A stretch of DNA of 64,000 nt from Podarcis filfolensis (lineage: Eukaryota). The notes below the pieces were generated by a model. That model was not told the origin of the DNA, searched no databases, and saw only the letters and a list, made by a program, of their open reading frames with translations. Shown here in pieces: positions 49,056 to 61,966 of this stretch (position 1 is its first letter; each line of letters starts with the position of its first letter). Both the position numbers and the translations under genes were made by a program. The DNA is taken from NCBI GenBank assembly GCA_964270895.1, contig OZ185437.1. One strand, given 5' to 3'.

Positions 49056-49310
49056 GCTGTTGCCTATTACAGCTAAGGGCGAAGTCTCTCATGTTCAGAG
49101 GTCGTGCATATCTGAGCACAGGGTGTCAAGGACAAGCAGAGAATGACCATCCCTTTAATGCCCTGCTTACAACCCTGCAGAAGTATCTTCCTAGGCTATG
49201 TTGGAGACAGAATGCTGGACTATATGAGCCCTTGGTCTTACCCAGCAAGGCAGTTCTTGTGTTCCCATCCCACGCAAAATGGAATTTGCAGAATGTAGTG
49301 TCCCTCTGAG

Positions 49311-49752
49311 AATATCAGCTTTCATTTTTTGCGGGGGGGGGGGGGAAGAGAGCAAAATCTTCACTTCACACAGCTGCAGCATTTGATAAGGTATGGACAC
49401 TGTCTGCTGAAGGCTTATGGCATGTCTAAAGCTATTAATATAGCCGAAAACAGTGCACAAGGAATTCTTACAAAACAGTGAAAGAGGTAGTGTGCTTCAG
49501 GGAAAGTTTTCCGTTGAATGAGAACAATTATAGATATCATGGCCCTTCTATGAAAAACTTTCCCTGAGGCACACTGCCTCTTTCACTGTTTTTGCAAGCA
49601 TTCCTTGTGCACTGTTTTCGGCTACATTAGTAGCTTTAGACATGCCATAAGCCTTCAGCAGACAGTGCCCATACCTTATCAAATGCTACAGCTGTGTGAA
49701 GTGAAAAATTTGCTCTCTTTTTTTTTCCCTTCCAAAAATGAAAACTTATTTA
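49311..49752. repeat. Long inverted repeat (core arms 49346-49511 and 49552-49719)
   Basis: Manual reverse-complement comparison: about 11 substitutions and 1 indel in ~166 bp; 40-bp spacer. Confidence 0.92.
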
Positions 49753-51825
49753 TTTTTGAAGACCAGGACTTTTTTTTCCGGCCGGCACTGGCTGGAACTC
49801 AGTTCCAGAACCTCTCAGGTGGGCACAATTGCCATTCTTAAGAGAACGAGGGAGGCGTTCATGGTGAGTTCCTGCACCTCTTTTTTCCGGAAAAATAGCA
49901 CTGATGATGATGATAATTTATATCCTACCTTTCCCTTCCCCCTAACAATATAACATTCTAATGGTAACTTTGTAAAATCAATTTGAAAAATGCAACGAAA
50001 CAGCAACGACAAGATTATCAAAACAAAAATGGACAGGGCATCATATTATAAATTAAGACACTGGAGTTGGCATAATACCATGAAGCTAATTAAAGGGGCC
50101 ATCTTAAGATTTAGTTATTTTTACAGATCAACTGTCGAATAATGAGGAACATTTCAGTTTGGATTAAAATTCTCACACCTGGAACTTTTACTCGCCAAGA
50201 CTTCAGCTTATAGTTGTTCTCTGGAGTCTATGCATGTCAACCAGACATATCCTCAAGTCATTAATAAGCTGCATTCTAAATAGCATATGATACAAAATGC
50301 CCTTTATTTTTTCCCTGTGGTGCTACTTGGTTTCATTGGTGTTGGCATGGCGATATTATCATTTCACCCATATACAGGTCCTATCCTTCTTAGAGGATTG
50401 GAACTCATTTGGCACATAGAAGTAGTTTAAAGCAGACATTGGAATAAAAATCTATGCTTCAAGATTTCGTATCGTGAACTTCCTTCAGCTTTCATGCGAG
50501 AGCAATAAATACAAATTCTGTATTTGGCAAAGAGTTTCGAATGTTTAGGTTGCTTGGTTTTTTTGAAGAGCAGAATACCACTGGCATTTGCTAATTTTTT
50601 TGCAATTTGTTTGCCTGACACTTTCCAGCCAGAGGAAAGTGCCACCAAAATCATTTGGAGTTGCTCCTGCCCTGAAACAGGTCAGTTCTTGATGGTTGTG
50701 CAATACTTTATTGTGGCCCAAAATGTAAGATAATTGCTACAACACTTTAATCCTCCATTGTCACTCATTGCTAGCAGATTCCTGCTATGAAAGCTTTATT
50801 GGGGCTCCGTATCTGTGGCTTCCAGAGCATCCCAGCAGCTGGGGAATGTGGAACTATTTGCTAGGCATTCAAAACATTCCATGAAAGTGAAGGCCTTCTT
50901 GCTGGAAGTCTCATGTGATATGCAAGCTGCTGTTAAGATTTACTGTTCCAGCATCTCCTTTGCTAAGTGCAGATAACTGTGAAAGGGTTTTAGCACTCAT
51001 GTGCAACAATCAATAATGGCAACCTGAACAGGGACCGCAAGTCTGCACGCACCACCTGCAGTGTCTCTGGGAGAGCTGACCATTCCCCACTTCACTCCTG
51101 ATCTTCCTGGGCTGAGTAGCAAAGGCTTAAGGGGGATTCAAAGTGTATTTAGCTAAACACATTTAGAAGGCTCCTCATGTTCAAGACCCCTGATAACTCT
51201 GTGAGGGATCCTGCATGGAGCACACAGGAATATTGGGGTGGGGCTTGGATGCTCAGCCCCCAAACTCTTCTTCAAGTTGCCATTTGGTTTCAGACTTCTG
51301 TGTCTCCACATACAATGCAAGGGATCCTAAGATCGCTGTCTGCTTTTAAGTGCAAGCCTCTATTAACATTAGCAAAACAGCATGACTGTTTGGGAAGCCA
51401 GTGTATAAGAGTGTGTAATGTTTGCTAGCTATTGAAAGCGAAAGCTTATTCATTCCTTTGACTGGCAGTGACTGTGAAATAAAGTTGAAGTGAGCTTTGT
51501 TTATATATGACACGTTGTAGCCAAGTGCAAGTCAGACCCTTTGCTTCTGTTTTTCCTGTTCTACGCAGCCAAAAAACCAACCACACTTCTGATTAATTTG
51601 CCATAATTTTTAAAAAATCATTTTTTCTCTGGGTGCAATTGTATTTGGGTAATGAGAAGTGAGAGAAACTCAGTTTGTGGGAGATATGCCTTGTGAAAGA
51701 GTAATGCTAGAACTGAGATTATCCCAGACACTCTTGGGTGACTGGGACTGTGTGTTCTTGGTCCGGTTCAGCAGGAGCTTTCAGGATCAGGAAACAGAGC
51801 TAGTGATTGTGGCACAGATGGGGTA

Positions 51826-52174
51826 AAGGTATAGGGACCCCTGACCATTAGGTCCAGTCGTGACCGACTCTGGGGTTGCGACGCTCATCTCACTTTATTG
51901 GCCGAGGGAGCCGGCGTACAGCTTCCGGGTCATGTGGCCAGCATGACAAAGCAGCTTCTGGCGAACCAGAGCAGCGCACGGAAACGCCGTTTACCTTCCC
52001 ACCGCAGCAGTACTTATTTATCTACTTGCACTGGTGTGCTTTCGAACTGCTAGGTTGGCAGGAGCAGGGAATGAGCAAAGGAACTCACCCCGTTGCGGGG
52101 ATTCGAACCACTGACTTTCTAATCGGCAAGTCCTAGGCTCTGTGGTTTAACCCACAGCGCCACCCATGTCCCTT
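51826..52174 (-). mobile_element. Sauria SINE
   Basis: TSD cacagatggggta at 51813-51825 and 52175-52187. Confidence 0.92.
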
Positions 52175-55100
52175 CACAGATGGGGTAGTTTCACATTATT
52201 TACCATAGGTTGGGTGCAGACCAGGTTTCTTGAAATTAATGAATCCTAAATGTTTTATTTAGGGTATCTTAAACAATATGGAGCTTAGTATATGTTGCCT
52301 TCTGAGCCTAGGGAAGCTGAGCTTGGCTTCAAGATAAGGGTTTGCAAGCCTTTTTCATTCAAGTTTGGGGAATGGTGGGGCAGGCTGTCATAGCAGTCTA
52401 GATCATATGGGGGGAGATACCAGAATAAAAACAGGAGAAAAAATGGATATGCCCACCAGAATTGGGTTAGAGGACATATCCAGAATATCTCCTTGAAGAC
52501 TTTGGAGGGAAGGTTCAGAAAAGGGATTGGCAGGAGGCTGGGTAGAAGCAAGAGTAAAACATGGATTGTATCTGCATGTCTGTATATGCTTGTGCGTTTA
52601 CTGGTGCAGTTTTCCAGCCTGAGCATTCAAATCAATGCACACAGAAATATTTTAAAATAACATAAAATTCCATTATAATAGCAGACTGCTAGAACCACTT
52701 AACAGCAAATTAAAACGACGGTTGTCAGCCAAAAAAAAAAAAAAAAAAGTTTCAGAAATTCCCAAAGAGTAAATCAACACTTACCATTAAAGGTTTTAGA
52801 GAATAAAAGTGCACTGAGCTGCTGATGAAAGCTGTGCGAAAGGAATTCTAGTTGCAAAGGTTCCAGAGGGAGAGAACCACAGCCAAAAAAGCTGTTCATG
52901 AGTCAGGTGCTGCCCGTTTAACTCTGAAATCATAAGAAAATGCTGAGGATAAGCAACCAACAGCATCTTTTTCTCTTGGCTGTTCGGTTTGAAGACAGCC
53001 AATGCTAGACAGGAGTTTGCCAACCTTTTTAAGCCTGTGTAGGGCATTTGGATTATTGTGTGAGCATCTCCTCTGGCCACTTATTTTTAACATATCTTTA
53101 TATAGTGCCATCAGTGTACATTGCTCTGTACACAATTCAGATAAGGAATTCTACCCCAAAGAGCGTACAGTCTAAAACAATGGAAATGGTTTAACTTCCC
53201 TGGATCAAACGCCCTATCCCTGAATGACACACACTCAGAGAGTGGATGCAAACAGTTTGCTTTTCCAAGAGATCTGCTTCCAGTAGAAAGAGAGAGTTAT
53301 TCAGTATACCGCTCCCCTTCCCAACAAAATAAGGGCTGCAACTGTCCCTCCTCAAAAGCTCTGCTGTGTCAAGGCAAGACTTTTGTGGTCTGCAAAAAAA
53401 GTGACAGCAGATTGATTGGGGCAGGCAGACTGCTGTCCAGCTCAGTAAAAGTAGCCGGAGGAACAGAGTCCACATTTTCTTCCCATCGAAAAGTCTTGAA
53501 CCCGCTCACCTTAATGGCCTGGCAGAATTTTAGGACCTGATAGATGACAGCCGAGGCAGCTAACAAAGAAAGGGCAGAAAGGAGATTGAAAACCCAATAG
53601 TGAGCTACAGTCACAGAGGCATATGAGAGAAGGCATCATAAGGATGTCAGCCAATGGGGGCCATTTTTCAATTTCCACTGTTGCTAGGCTAACTTTAAAG
53701 TATATGCAGTGTTCCTTATCCAGTACTCTCCAGATGTTTTGGATTCCCAGCTCCCATCAGCTCCAGCCAGCAGGGCCAGTGAGCAAGGATAGTGAAAGGT
53801 GCAGTTCAAAACCTCTGGAGGGCACCAAATTGGGGAAGTTTTGGCTGCTGCCTGCCTCTGCTTCCTGCCTCTCTACTCCAGATAAAAATAGCAATGTTTG
53901 GAAATAAGGTTGTGGTGATATATCTCAGAAGGAGCCCCGTGCAACTTTGAGGATGGGGGCCTTGCTCTGATTTGTAACCTCTGTATTTTTTTAAATGGTC
54001 ATCAATGTGTATCTCGGGGGAAATGGAGTTGGAGGAAGCTCTGACTGACTGAGAGAAGACTTCCTAAGTTTGCATTTTGAAAACACATCTAGGGTGGTGG
54101 CTCAGTATAAAGGGTGGAACTCATTTGGGTCAGGATGTTGATCTTTGGCAGCCAGTGTTTCCATTCATAATGTGCATTGTTGTTATGCCCCTGAAAAAGA
54201 GTTATCTCTTTCTAAATTACCGTTTTAATCCCCCCCAACATCTTAAAGTAAGTAACACAAGTTGCTAGGAATTCAGTAAAGGAATCACCATAAAGAAAAC
54301 ATTTCTTTAAAATAGAGACCAGCTGTTATTAGTTGGCAACCTAGAAACTTCAGAGAATTAAAATACACAGTAGCTGAAATTACAATCTCAATCTTTCTTT
54401 TGTACACTAGAATAAGTGAAGACATAAAACACCACTGAGCACTGGTACCATAATTTCCATGCCTGCCAGTTTGCTATCTTGTTTTAGAACAGGTTTATAT
54501 TCTAAATGTTTAGTGAAAACATTAGCTCAGTACTAATGTTTAGTCATTGTGTGGCAGTGAAGTCACACTCTTGATTATCTTGGCACCTGGATGTGCTATA
54601 AAATGCCACAGTGGCCTAACTCAGTCTTGCATAATTCTCAAAGTTCATGTTTATGTTCTGGTGGCTGAATACATCAAGTTATTCTCACTAGTTTTAGATG
54701 GATGGAGCCCAAACAAGATTCCACACACACGTGTTAGAATTCAGCAGTCACTGTGGGGAAATTTACTGTTTTCTAGAAATTACTTTGTAAGCCTTTGCCC
54801 TCCTGTAGGAGAGCCAACATGTTGAGGGTGAGATGTTAAAAGGAAGGCCCAAACATTACCAAAACCACATCATGAAAAATATAGTTAACTATGACTTCGC
54901 AACAGGCCCAAGACATTTTTGCTGCCTGAGGTAAATGTTAAGATGCCCCTCCCCTCCCATTCAATGTAGAATAGAGACTGGCAACTGAGTCTTACTTCAA
55001 CACTAGTGAGGGAATGGTGGCTTCTGCTGCACCTGAGGGCTGTAGTGGACAGACCATATGGCTGGAAATCTGTTGACCAGCCTCTTACTTTTGCTCCCTG

Positions 55101-56075
55101 CCACCTCAGCATCTGCTGCCTTAGTCGGCCACCTCACTCTGCCTAACAGTAGGGCCAGCTCTGCTTGATTGCCATGAACACAAGTGCAGTAGCACCCTGC
55201 TTGCCATCCGCCATCTTATTAAAGCCAATTACTACAGCATATATCAGGTGCAGTAATGAATGTGTAGGCCACTGGCTGTGATTGCTTCATGTTGGCAGAA
55301 ATGCCCATAAACGTCAGCCATAAAGCTGAGCCTTCAGAGTGGATGCAAGCTAACAGGGCCTTGTGGGAGCAGTGCATAAAACGGTTCACGGCTAATGTGA
55401 AAATCTGGCTGTGTAGAGGTTTCTACATTTCTTCAAAGAATACTAGGAAAAATCCAAAACAATTACAGATGTGTGCATTTTAGTGGGATTGGCACAGGGT
55501 CCTTTGGGACAGTGCCCATAACAAGTGGTGTGTTTATGCTTCCTTGCCACCGCAATAGTTTTTGTAACTTAAAAAAGGCACATAACATGTAGATGAATAC
55601 ATATGTCCACATATGTAGCCAGCTGTGTTAAGAACAACCCACCCTCCTAGCATGTGCGATGAGACCTCTCCGTCTCAACGAGATCCTACCCAGGAAGAAA
55701 TTTCTATCAGTGCAGCAGACTTGCCTTGAACACCCTTCCTTTTTTAAAGCTCTTTGAATTTGTTGCACTCTAGAAACAGGAATCAGCCTTATACCGATCA
55801 TGAGATTGGTCTCCCTTCTCAGTGTTGTGGCTCTCCCTCCAGTGTTTCATACAGGCGCCTTCCCTGATTCTGCCTGGAGATGCAGAGAATTTAATAGGAA
55901 GTGCATGCTCCACCACTCAGAATGTGAACAAGTCCTCTAACTTAAAAAAGAAGAGGCTACCTCCATCATGCCTGCAGAGAAGCTGCTTTCCCATTTATTA
56001 TGGTCTATAATGCTTCTGATGATAACAAGGAGAATAAAACACTGTTGGTTAGTTGGAAAGGCAACAACAAATAGC

Positions 56076-56233
56076 CAGTGGCGTAGCATGGGGGGTGCAG
56101 GGGGGGGCCGGCCGCACCGGGCGCAACATCTGGGGTTAGGGCAAATCCACGGGTTAGGGGGCGCAAATCCACGGGTTAGGGGGCCAAATTACTTGCCTTG
56201 CCCCGGGTGCTGACAACCCACGCTACGCCACTG
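56076..56233. mobile_element. hAT-like MITE with internal TTAGGG-containing repeats
   Basis: Perfect 12-bp TIR CAGTGGCGTAGC; perfect TSD caaatagc at 56068-56075 and 56234-56241. Confidence 0.9.
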
Positions 56234-59200
56234 CAAATAGCCCTCTGATCAACATTTGCCAAATAGGAACTAAAGTAAAGTTTGGTCATGTTGTGATATT
56301 TACTAAGTGTTGTGCTTGGAGTCAAATCCTTACATTTTAAATGGGTTAATTTCAGTGGCAGCTGGTTCCTATAAAAGCTAATGGGGTAAAGAAAGAGACC
56401 CTGTTCTGTGCTCAGTAACTCCTTGCCTAGACAAGGGATGTGTGCAAATGAGTTCATAACTGCTCATTATGGAATCAGTGCAGTTCACTCAGGCAGGGTT
56501 TGTTTGTTGTTGGGTTTCTTTGCAGTGCCCATCAATATGCCGCCATCCCCATTTGGCTTGGATTTACCTTTTCCATTTAACATTTGATAAGTTAAAAAGA
56601 CCCCTGTCCAGAACCACCAAGCCTGTTCTTTGCAAAGCTATGCACAATTGCCACGCCATCTCTAAACAAAATGGTTGGTCGTGGTTGCCAAAAACGTCTT
56701 GAAAATATAGTGTGCCCCAATATAACTATTGCTTGAACGTGGCCAATATAGCAGCCATCCCCACAATCACAAGGGAAGACTCCTCCTATAGCAACACATT
56801 GCTCTGCTGACACGGTGCTGAGTCTTCCAGTCAGTTTGATAAGTGCCAGCAGCCTTGAGGAAAGGGACACATTCCTTCTGCAGTTCTCTGTTTACCCTCT
56901 TGCAAGCGCTCTGTGATGCTGTCGGGCAGTTTCTTTCTCCTTCAGTTCTCCTTGTCCCCCCATTCACAGCTGGTGACTTTTGCCATATCAAGAAATTGCC
57001 CTGTGAACTGGGTGTCTTGTTTTCTGGAAACGGAACACCACTGAGATAACGTAAGAAGCAATTTTACTGCATGGTTGTATTGCTCCAAAATGGTTATGTA
57101 CATCATAAGAAAATGTCTTCCTGTTCTAGCAAGTGCAGCTTGTTTGACAAGTTGCAAATGGAAATCCATGATCTATCATTGTGATTCAGACACGCTCCTA
57201 CCACCTATGCAAATATATAACTACCACTTACTAATAGTAACAGCTGGTTAAGTTTCAGTTGTACTTTTTATAGTTTATCATTGCCAGAAACTTTTTTTTG
57301 GTAAGAGGGGCAATGAATAAACTTATTATGCTGCTTTCTTCCTCCATGAAGCCGTAATAGCCAATTTATACAATAGTTTCTATAGGGCACATTGGCAGAA
57401 GTGCTTGACCCTATGGAACTGGGAAGGCAAATCTCAGAGGAGGAAAGAAAGAAGGGAAGCTATGCTTTCCTGGAGATCCAGAAACTAAAAAGCTAAGTCT
57501 GCAATCCTTTTGGTATGCTTTGTGCTGCGGGATTTTCTTAAGTTACAGTGTGGTGTTATTGTACCCGTAGGCTACTCATATTAAATGTTTTTCCAATTTT
57601 AGCAGCATTCTTTCCAGGCTCAACTACATTTGTTTTTATCTTCTCTATGGCAATTGATGACCTCAGTCTGAAAATGCCTAATTCCGTAGGATTTCTTGTT
57701 ATGTATTTCTTCCACATCTGGAGCTGAATCAGGGCTGCTTAATCCAATGACATGTTGTAGCATTTTATGCTTTCTGTAATAAATCTCAGATTCAAAGAGT
57801 CAGCAGCGTTTACAGTTTGCAAGTAATAATTTTAAACAGTCTTTAATGATAATACAGAAAGGAGCTTGAATAACGATTCTCCTTCCCGTCCCATCAGAGC
57901 CTACCAGTAGGAAACCAAACAGGGAGAGATAAATGATAAGATAAACAATCTGATCCTTTAATAATTTCACATGGAAAATCAAACAGCAATTTGGCATGGA
58001 AATGGAACAAGAAACAATAACCATGACTTTAGAAGGGATTACAAGAGAAGTCTGCAAATAATAAGATATATAAATGAAGAGGAGTCTCGTGTTGCTTCAA
58101 CACCAGCACCTTTTACTGCTGAAGCGTTGCTTTTCCTCAGTTGGAAGCAGAATATCTATATATATCTATAGGAGAGAAAATTAGTAAAACTAATTTTAGT
58201 AATTAATTAGCAAAGCTAACATGAAGGCTGTAATTTTAAACCTACTTTCTTGGGAGTGAGCCAGATTTAATTTAGTAGGACTTACCTCTGAGAGGACACA
58301 CTTAGGGTTGCTTTGTAAGAGGAACTGTGCAAGGGGCAATTAGCAGGCTATTCAACAGTAATCCTACTCCTGACCTTAACAGGAAGCAATAAAAGGACAG
58401 AAATTGCAAGAAGGAAGCTTTAACTTAAATATACAGGAGCCCTTTGCCTTGTTACTCTGTGTAGGTTTGTGCTCCCATTTTTAAAATGTCAAAAGAAGGT
58501 CTGGAAAATACATGAGGAAAACTCACAAAACCCTGGCTTGCAGTGGGCAATAATAAAACCATATTAAATAACTTGAAGTTAGTCCTGTTGGATTCTATGA
58601 GTTTTATTCCCAGCTAAGTGGTGTTATAATTGCAGCCCAAGCTGCTTCTGAAAGCATTTTTTTTTTTACAGAAATGTATGCAGAACCATATGAAATGTTG
58701 TCTCAGTCTGTAACTGTATGTACAGGTGTGTATGAGAAAGCCCCAGTTTAGACTGTGGGACTTACTCTGGAGTGAATATCCATGGGTTTGGGCTTCTTTT
58801 GATTTATTTCAGCCCAAGTGGTCCTTTTTTGCCATTCCAAAGGCCTGTGCACTCAACATCAACTGCGTATAATGATTTCAAAGCAACTTTAAAAGATTCT
58901 AAAATGAAACAACTTTTTTAAAAGCCAAATGAAAAAGTACAGTAGTTTAAACAACTCCAGTGCTTTCACGCTTTGTCCAGAATGTTGCAGCTAGTATTAG
59001 ATTTGGTGATCTGATGCCACACCATTACACGTCAGATTTTGTAAGCATGTCACACGTTTGCCTGTGTGCACACTGAAATCTTATCATGTGTGTGCCAGTG
59101 CAAAAGGGGAAAAGTTTGGCATTCTTCTTAAGCTTTCATGTCAACACCCCAATATAGGAACCAAAGTGAATCCTTTTGTCAACATCTGAAAAGGATGTTC

Positions 59201-59439
59201 GTGGTTAAAAACAACAACAGACCTGTCAGTGCTTGCTCTAAATATTTGACATAGCAGCCTTTCTGTGCAGTATGCTGGAACCTTGCATAGTACAGCTTCC
59301 CCTTTGCATATATATTATCCTGTTGTGTAATTGGAGAAATAGTCATAGGCACGGAGACAAATTGTACTTCACCAGATGATTGACATATTGTATATACGTT
59401 GATTTTTCAAGCAGAAACGGTCCCCCTTTCTTACAAATT

Positions 59440-59628
59440 GCTGGACGGAAGCAGTGGAACGGACTCCCTTGGGGGGTTTTGGACTCCCCTTCATTGGAGG
59501 TATTGAAGCAGAGGTTGTAGCTGCAATAGATGCTTCAATTGAGATTCAAGCAATGCAGCAGGTTGGACTAGATGACCCTCAGAATCCTTTCCAACTCTAC
59601 GATTCTATAATTCTATGGATTCTATTGG
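59440..59628 (+). mobile_element. CR1 LINE 3' fragment
   Basis: cagtggaacggactccct...ggactagatgaccct...tttccaactctacgattctataattctatggattcta, including the (ATTCTRTG)n-like tail. Confidence 0.8.
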
Positions 59629-59797
59629 AGGCAGACAGTGGTAGGTTGGCAGTTCAGGTTCAGTACTTTCGGGTCAGAATGGATTTACCATGTGCCTGTT
59701 ATAGCCCTGAGCTTATTTTTATAATCTAAAAGCTCCTGCGGTTTGAGATGGTATATGTGCACACATAAGGTCCTTTTAGCATCTCTCTTGCTGTATG

Positions 59798-59808
59798 TAG
59801 ATAGATAG

Positions 59809-59852
<44 letters not shown>

Positions 59853-59862
59853 CAGACAGACA
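59798..59862. repeat. (GATA)n-(GACA)n microsatellite
   Basis: Direct observation. Confidence 0.95.
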
Positions 59863-61340
59863 TAAGAAAGGCCACTGGAAAAGGCAGTAAATTTCTGGCC
59901 TACTAGCAGGGTTTGTTTGGTACCTGTTCTCTCTTCCCTCCCTGCTGAAATTGGTCTTCAAAGAAAAGTGTGTTTGTCTTGTGTCCCAAGCAGTTTTTCC
60001 AGTTTGCAAAGGTGCCCACAAGACCAATAAGGTTGTTAACCTTTAAGATGCAACATAAAAGGCTGCTCAGTGCATACCTCTGATCTAATGCCATCCTGTT
60101 ATTATTTAGAAGACATCTGAAGGCAGCCCTGTTTAGGGAAGTTTTTAATGTTTGATGTTTTATTGTGTTTCTAATATTCTGTTGGAAGCTGCCCAGGGTG
60201 GCTGGGGAAGCCCGGCCAGATGGGTGTGGTATAAGTAATAAAATATTATTAAATTATTATTACTGAAGGGCTACAGCTTAAACTGAGGACAACAAAGCTT
60301 GACTACCGTTGAAACTGAATCATGTTGTGGCATGAAGTAATAAATAGTTGTGGATGTGGGGTGTTGGATGACTTGAACAGCTCCTTAAGAAGTGGAACTA
60401 CACATGCACATTTAGAGAAAATAATTGCCCTAACTCACAGCAGCCAGACATCAGTTTTAGAAATCTGCAGGAAGGTCTGAATTTTGCATGTGGCCAGGAG
60501 GCAAGCCATTCATTCCTTCAGACACTAACAGTAGGGCTATTCAACTGATTTGCTAGATGGACATTCAATACCAGGCAGTGAGCTAGTGCTTTGTCATAAC
60601 TTGAGCAAACAACATACTTTCCAGTTACAGAGAGGGAGGAAGAGAGGGAGAGGAAATTGAAAGTATTTGCTGTTCTGTTCAGCTTCGCTGAGGACCTGTT
60701 CCAACATACAGATTTGTATCCATGGGTGGCTTTTTGGATTGACTCTTATGGAAAGACTTGTGGAAAATGTTACAGAATGTAACTTGTCCAAAAAGCGTTC
60801 CCCTGAGATGCATCTAACTAAACTTAAGAATCAGACTTAACGGGCTTATCCTTGAACTAATTAGAATTGGCCTGAAAGTGTTTCTTGACACCTATTTGTC
60901 CTCCTTATGCTTTGGAACAGTATGGAATGGAATTAAAATATAATTAAAATTATATGCTAAGTGGCCTTTTATGGAAATTATGAATTTTGTTGATTGAGAA
61001 GGAGAGACAGGACATACACATATTAAGCAGATTTTGCTTTGCTCTTTCAGGGCCCAGGGAGGAAACAGGTGACAAAAAAAGTAGAGCCCAACGATGAACA
61101 AAACAAACTTTGCCTTCCTGTTTGCTCACTTGAAGGGGAGGGTTGGCCATATCATCTAGGCTCTGGTGATAACTGTATGGAAAATAAAATTTTACAGAGC
61201 ATTTTCTGAATGAAACATGGTGAGAGGTTCATACCTAAGGAAAATATAGGAGGACTGGGACAGACTGGCTATGCTTTATGTGTTCGTTTCCCCTCACCAA
61301 AAGAATCCTGCTGTGAGGGAAAAAAATTCCAAAATTACTA

Positions 61341-61570
61341 CAGTGGTACCTCAGGTTACATACGCTTCAGGTTACAGACGCTTTAGGTTACAGACTCCAC
61401 TAACCCAGAAATAGTACCTCAGGTTAAGAACTTTGCTTCAGGATGAGAACAGAAATTGTGCGGTGGCAGCGGGAGGCACCATTAGCTAAAGTGGTCTTCA
61501 GGTTAAGAACAGTTTCAGGTTAAGAATGGACCTCCAGAACGAATTAAGTTCTTAACCCGAGATACCACTG
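61341..61570. mobile_element. Tigger-like MITE (family A)
   Basis: TIR CAGTGGTACCTC / GATACCACTG with TA TSD. Confidence 0.88.
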
Positions 61571-61822
61571 TATTTTAAAATAAAGAGTGAGTGGGAGACC
61601 AGCTCTGTTTATATTACCTCTTATAGAGGTAATATATAGAACAGGAAAACAGTGTCCTTGGGGCTACTACCCAGTACCTCTTTCAGGGTGTAGATGATAA
61701 GATATTTGCAGAAGTCCTGATCTTGAGACTAAACAGCTAGCATGATGACCTATGAAGACCAAGTGGCGATTAATTTTTAAAGGCAATATTAGACTTGGAA
61801 AGCTCTAGAAAAGCACTATAGG

Positions 61823-61966
61823 GTAGGATTATGAATAGTTGGTAGAGCATGAGACTCTTAATCTCTGGGTCATGGGTTTGAGCCTCACATTGGGCAAAAG
61901 ATTCCTGCATTGCAGGCGGTAGGACTAGATGACCCTTGTGGTCCCTTCCAACTGTGCCATGCTATG
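61823..61966 (+). mobile_element. tRNA-Lys(CTT)-derived SINE with a CR1-type 3' tail
   Basis: Head gttggtagagcatgagactcttaatctctgggtcatgggtttgagcctcacattgggc matches vertebrate tRNA-Lys-CTT; tail ggactagatgacccttgtggtcccttccaac matches the CR1 ends at ~2940 and ~59570. Confidence 0.8.

Noticed and set aside
480-61570. CRISPR array or prokaryotic defence/operon system
   Set aside because: Repeats are dispersed vertebrate SINEs and MITEs with TSDs; there is no repeat-spacer periodicity and no cas or other bacterial genes.
61823-61896. Functional tRNA-Lys gene
   Set aside because: The acceptor stem and A-box are degenerate and the sequence is fused to a CR1 tail, so it is a SINE.
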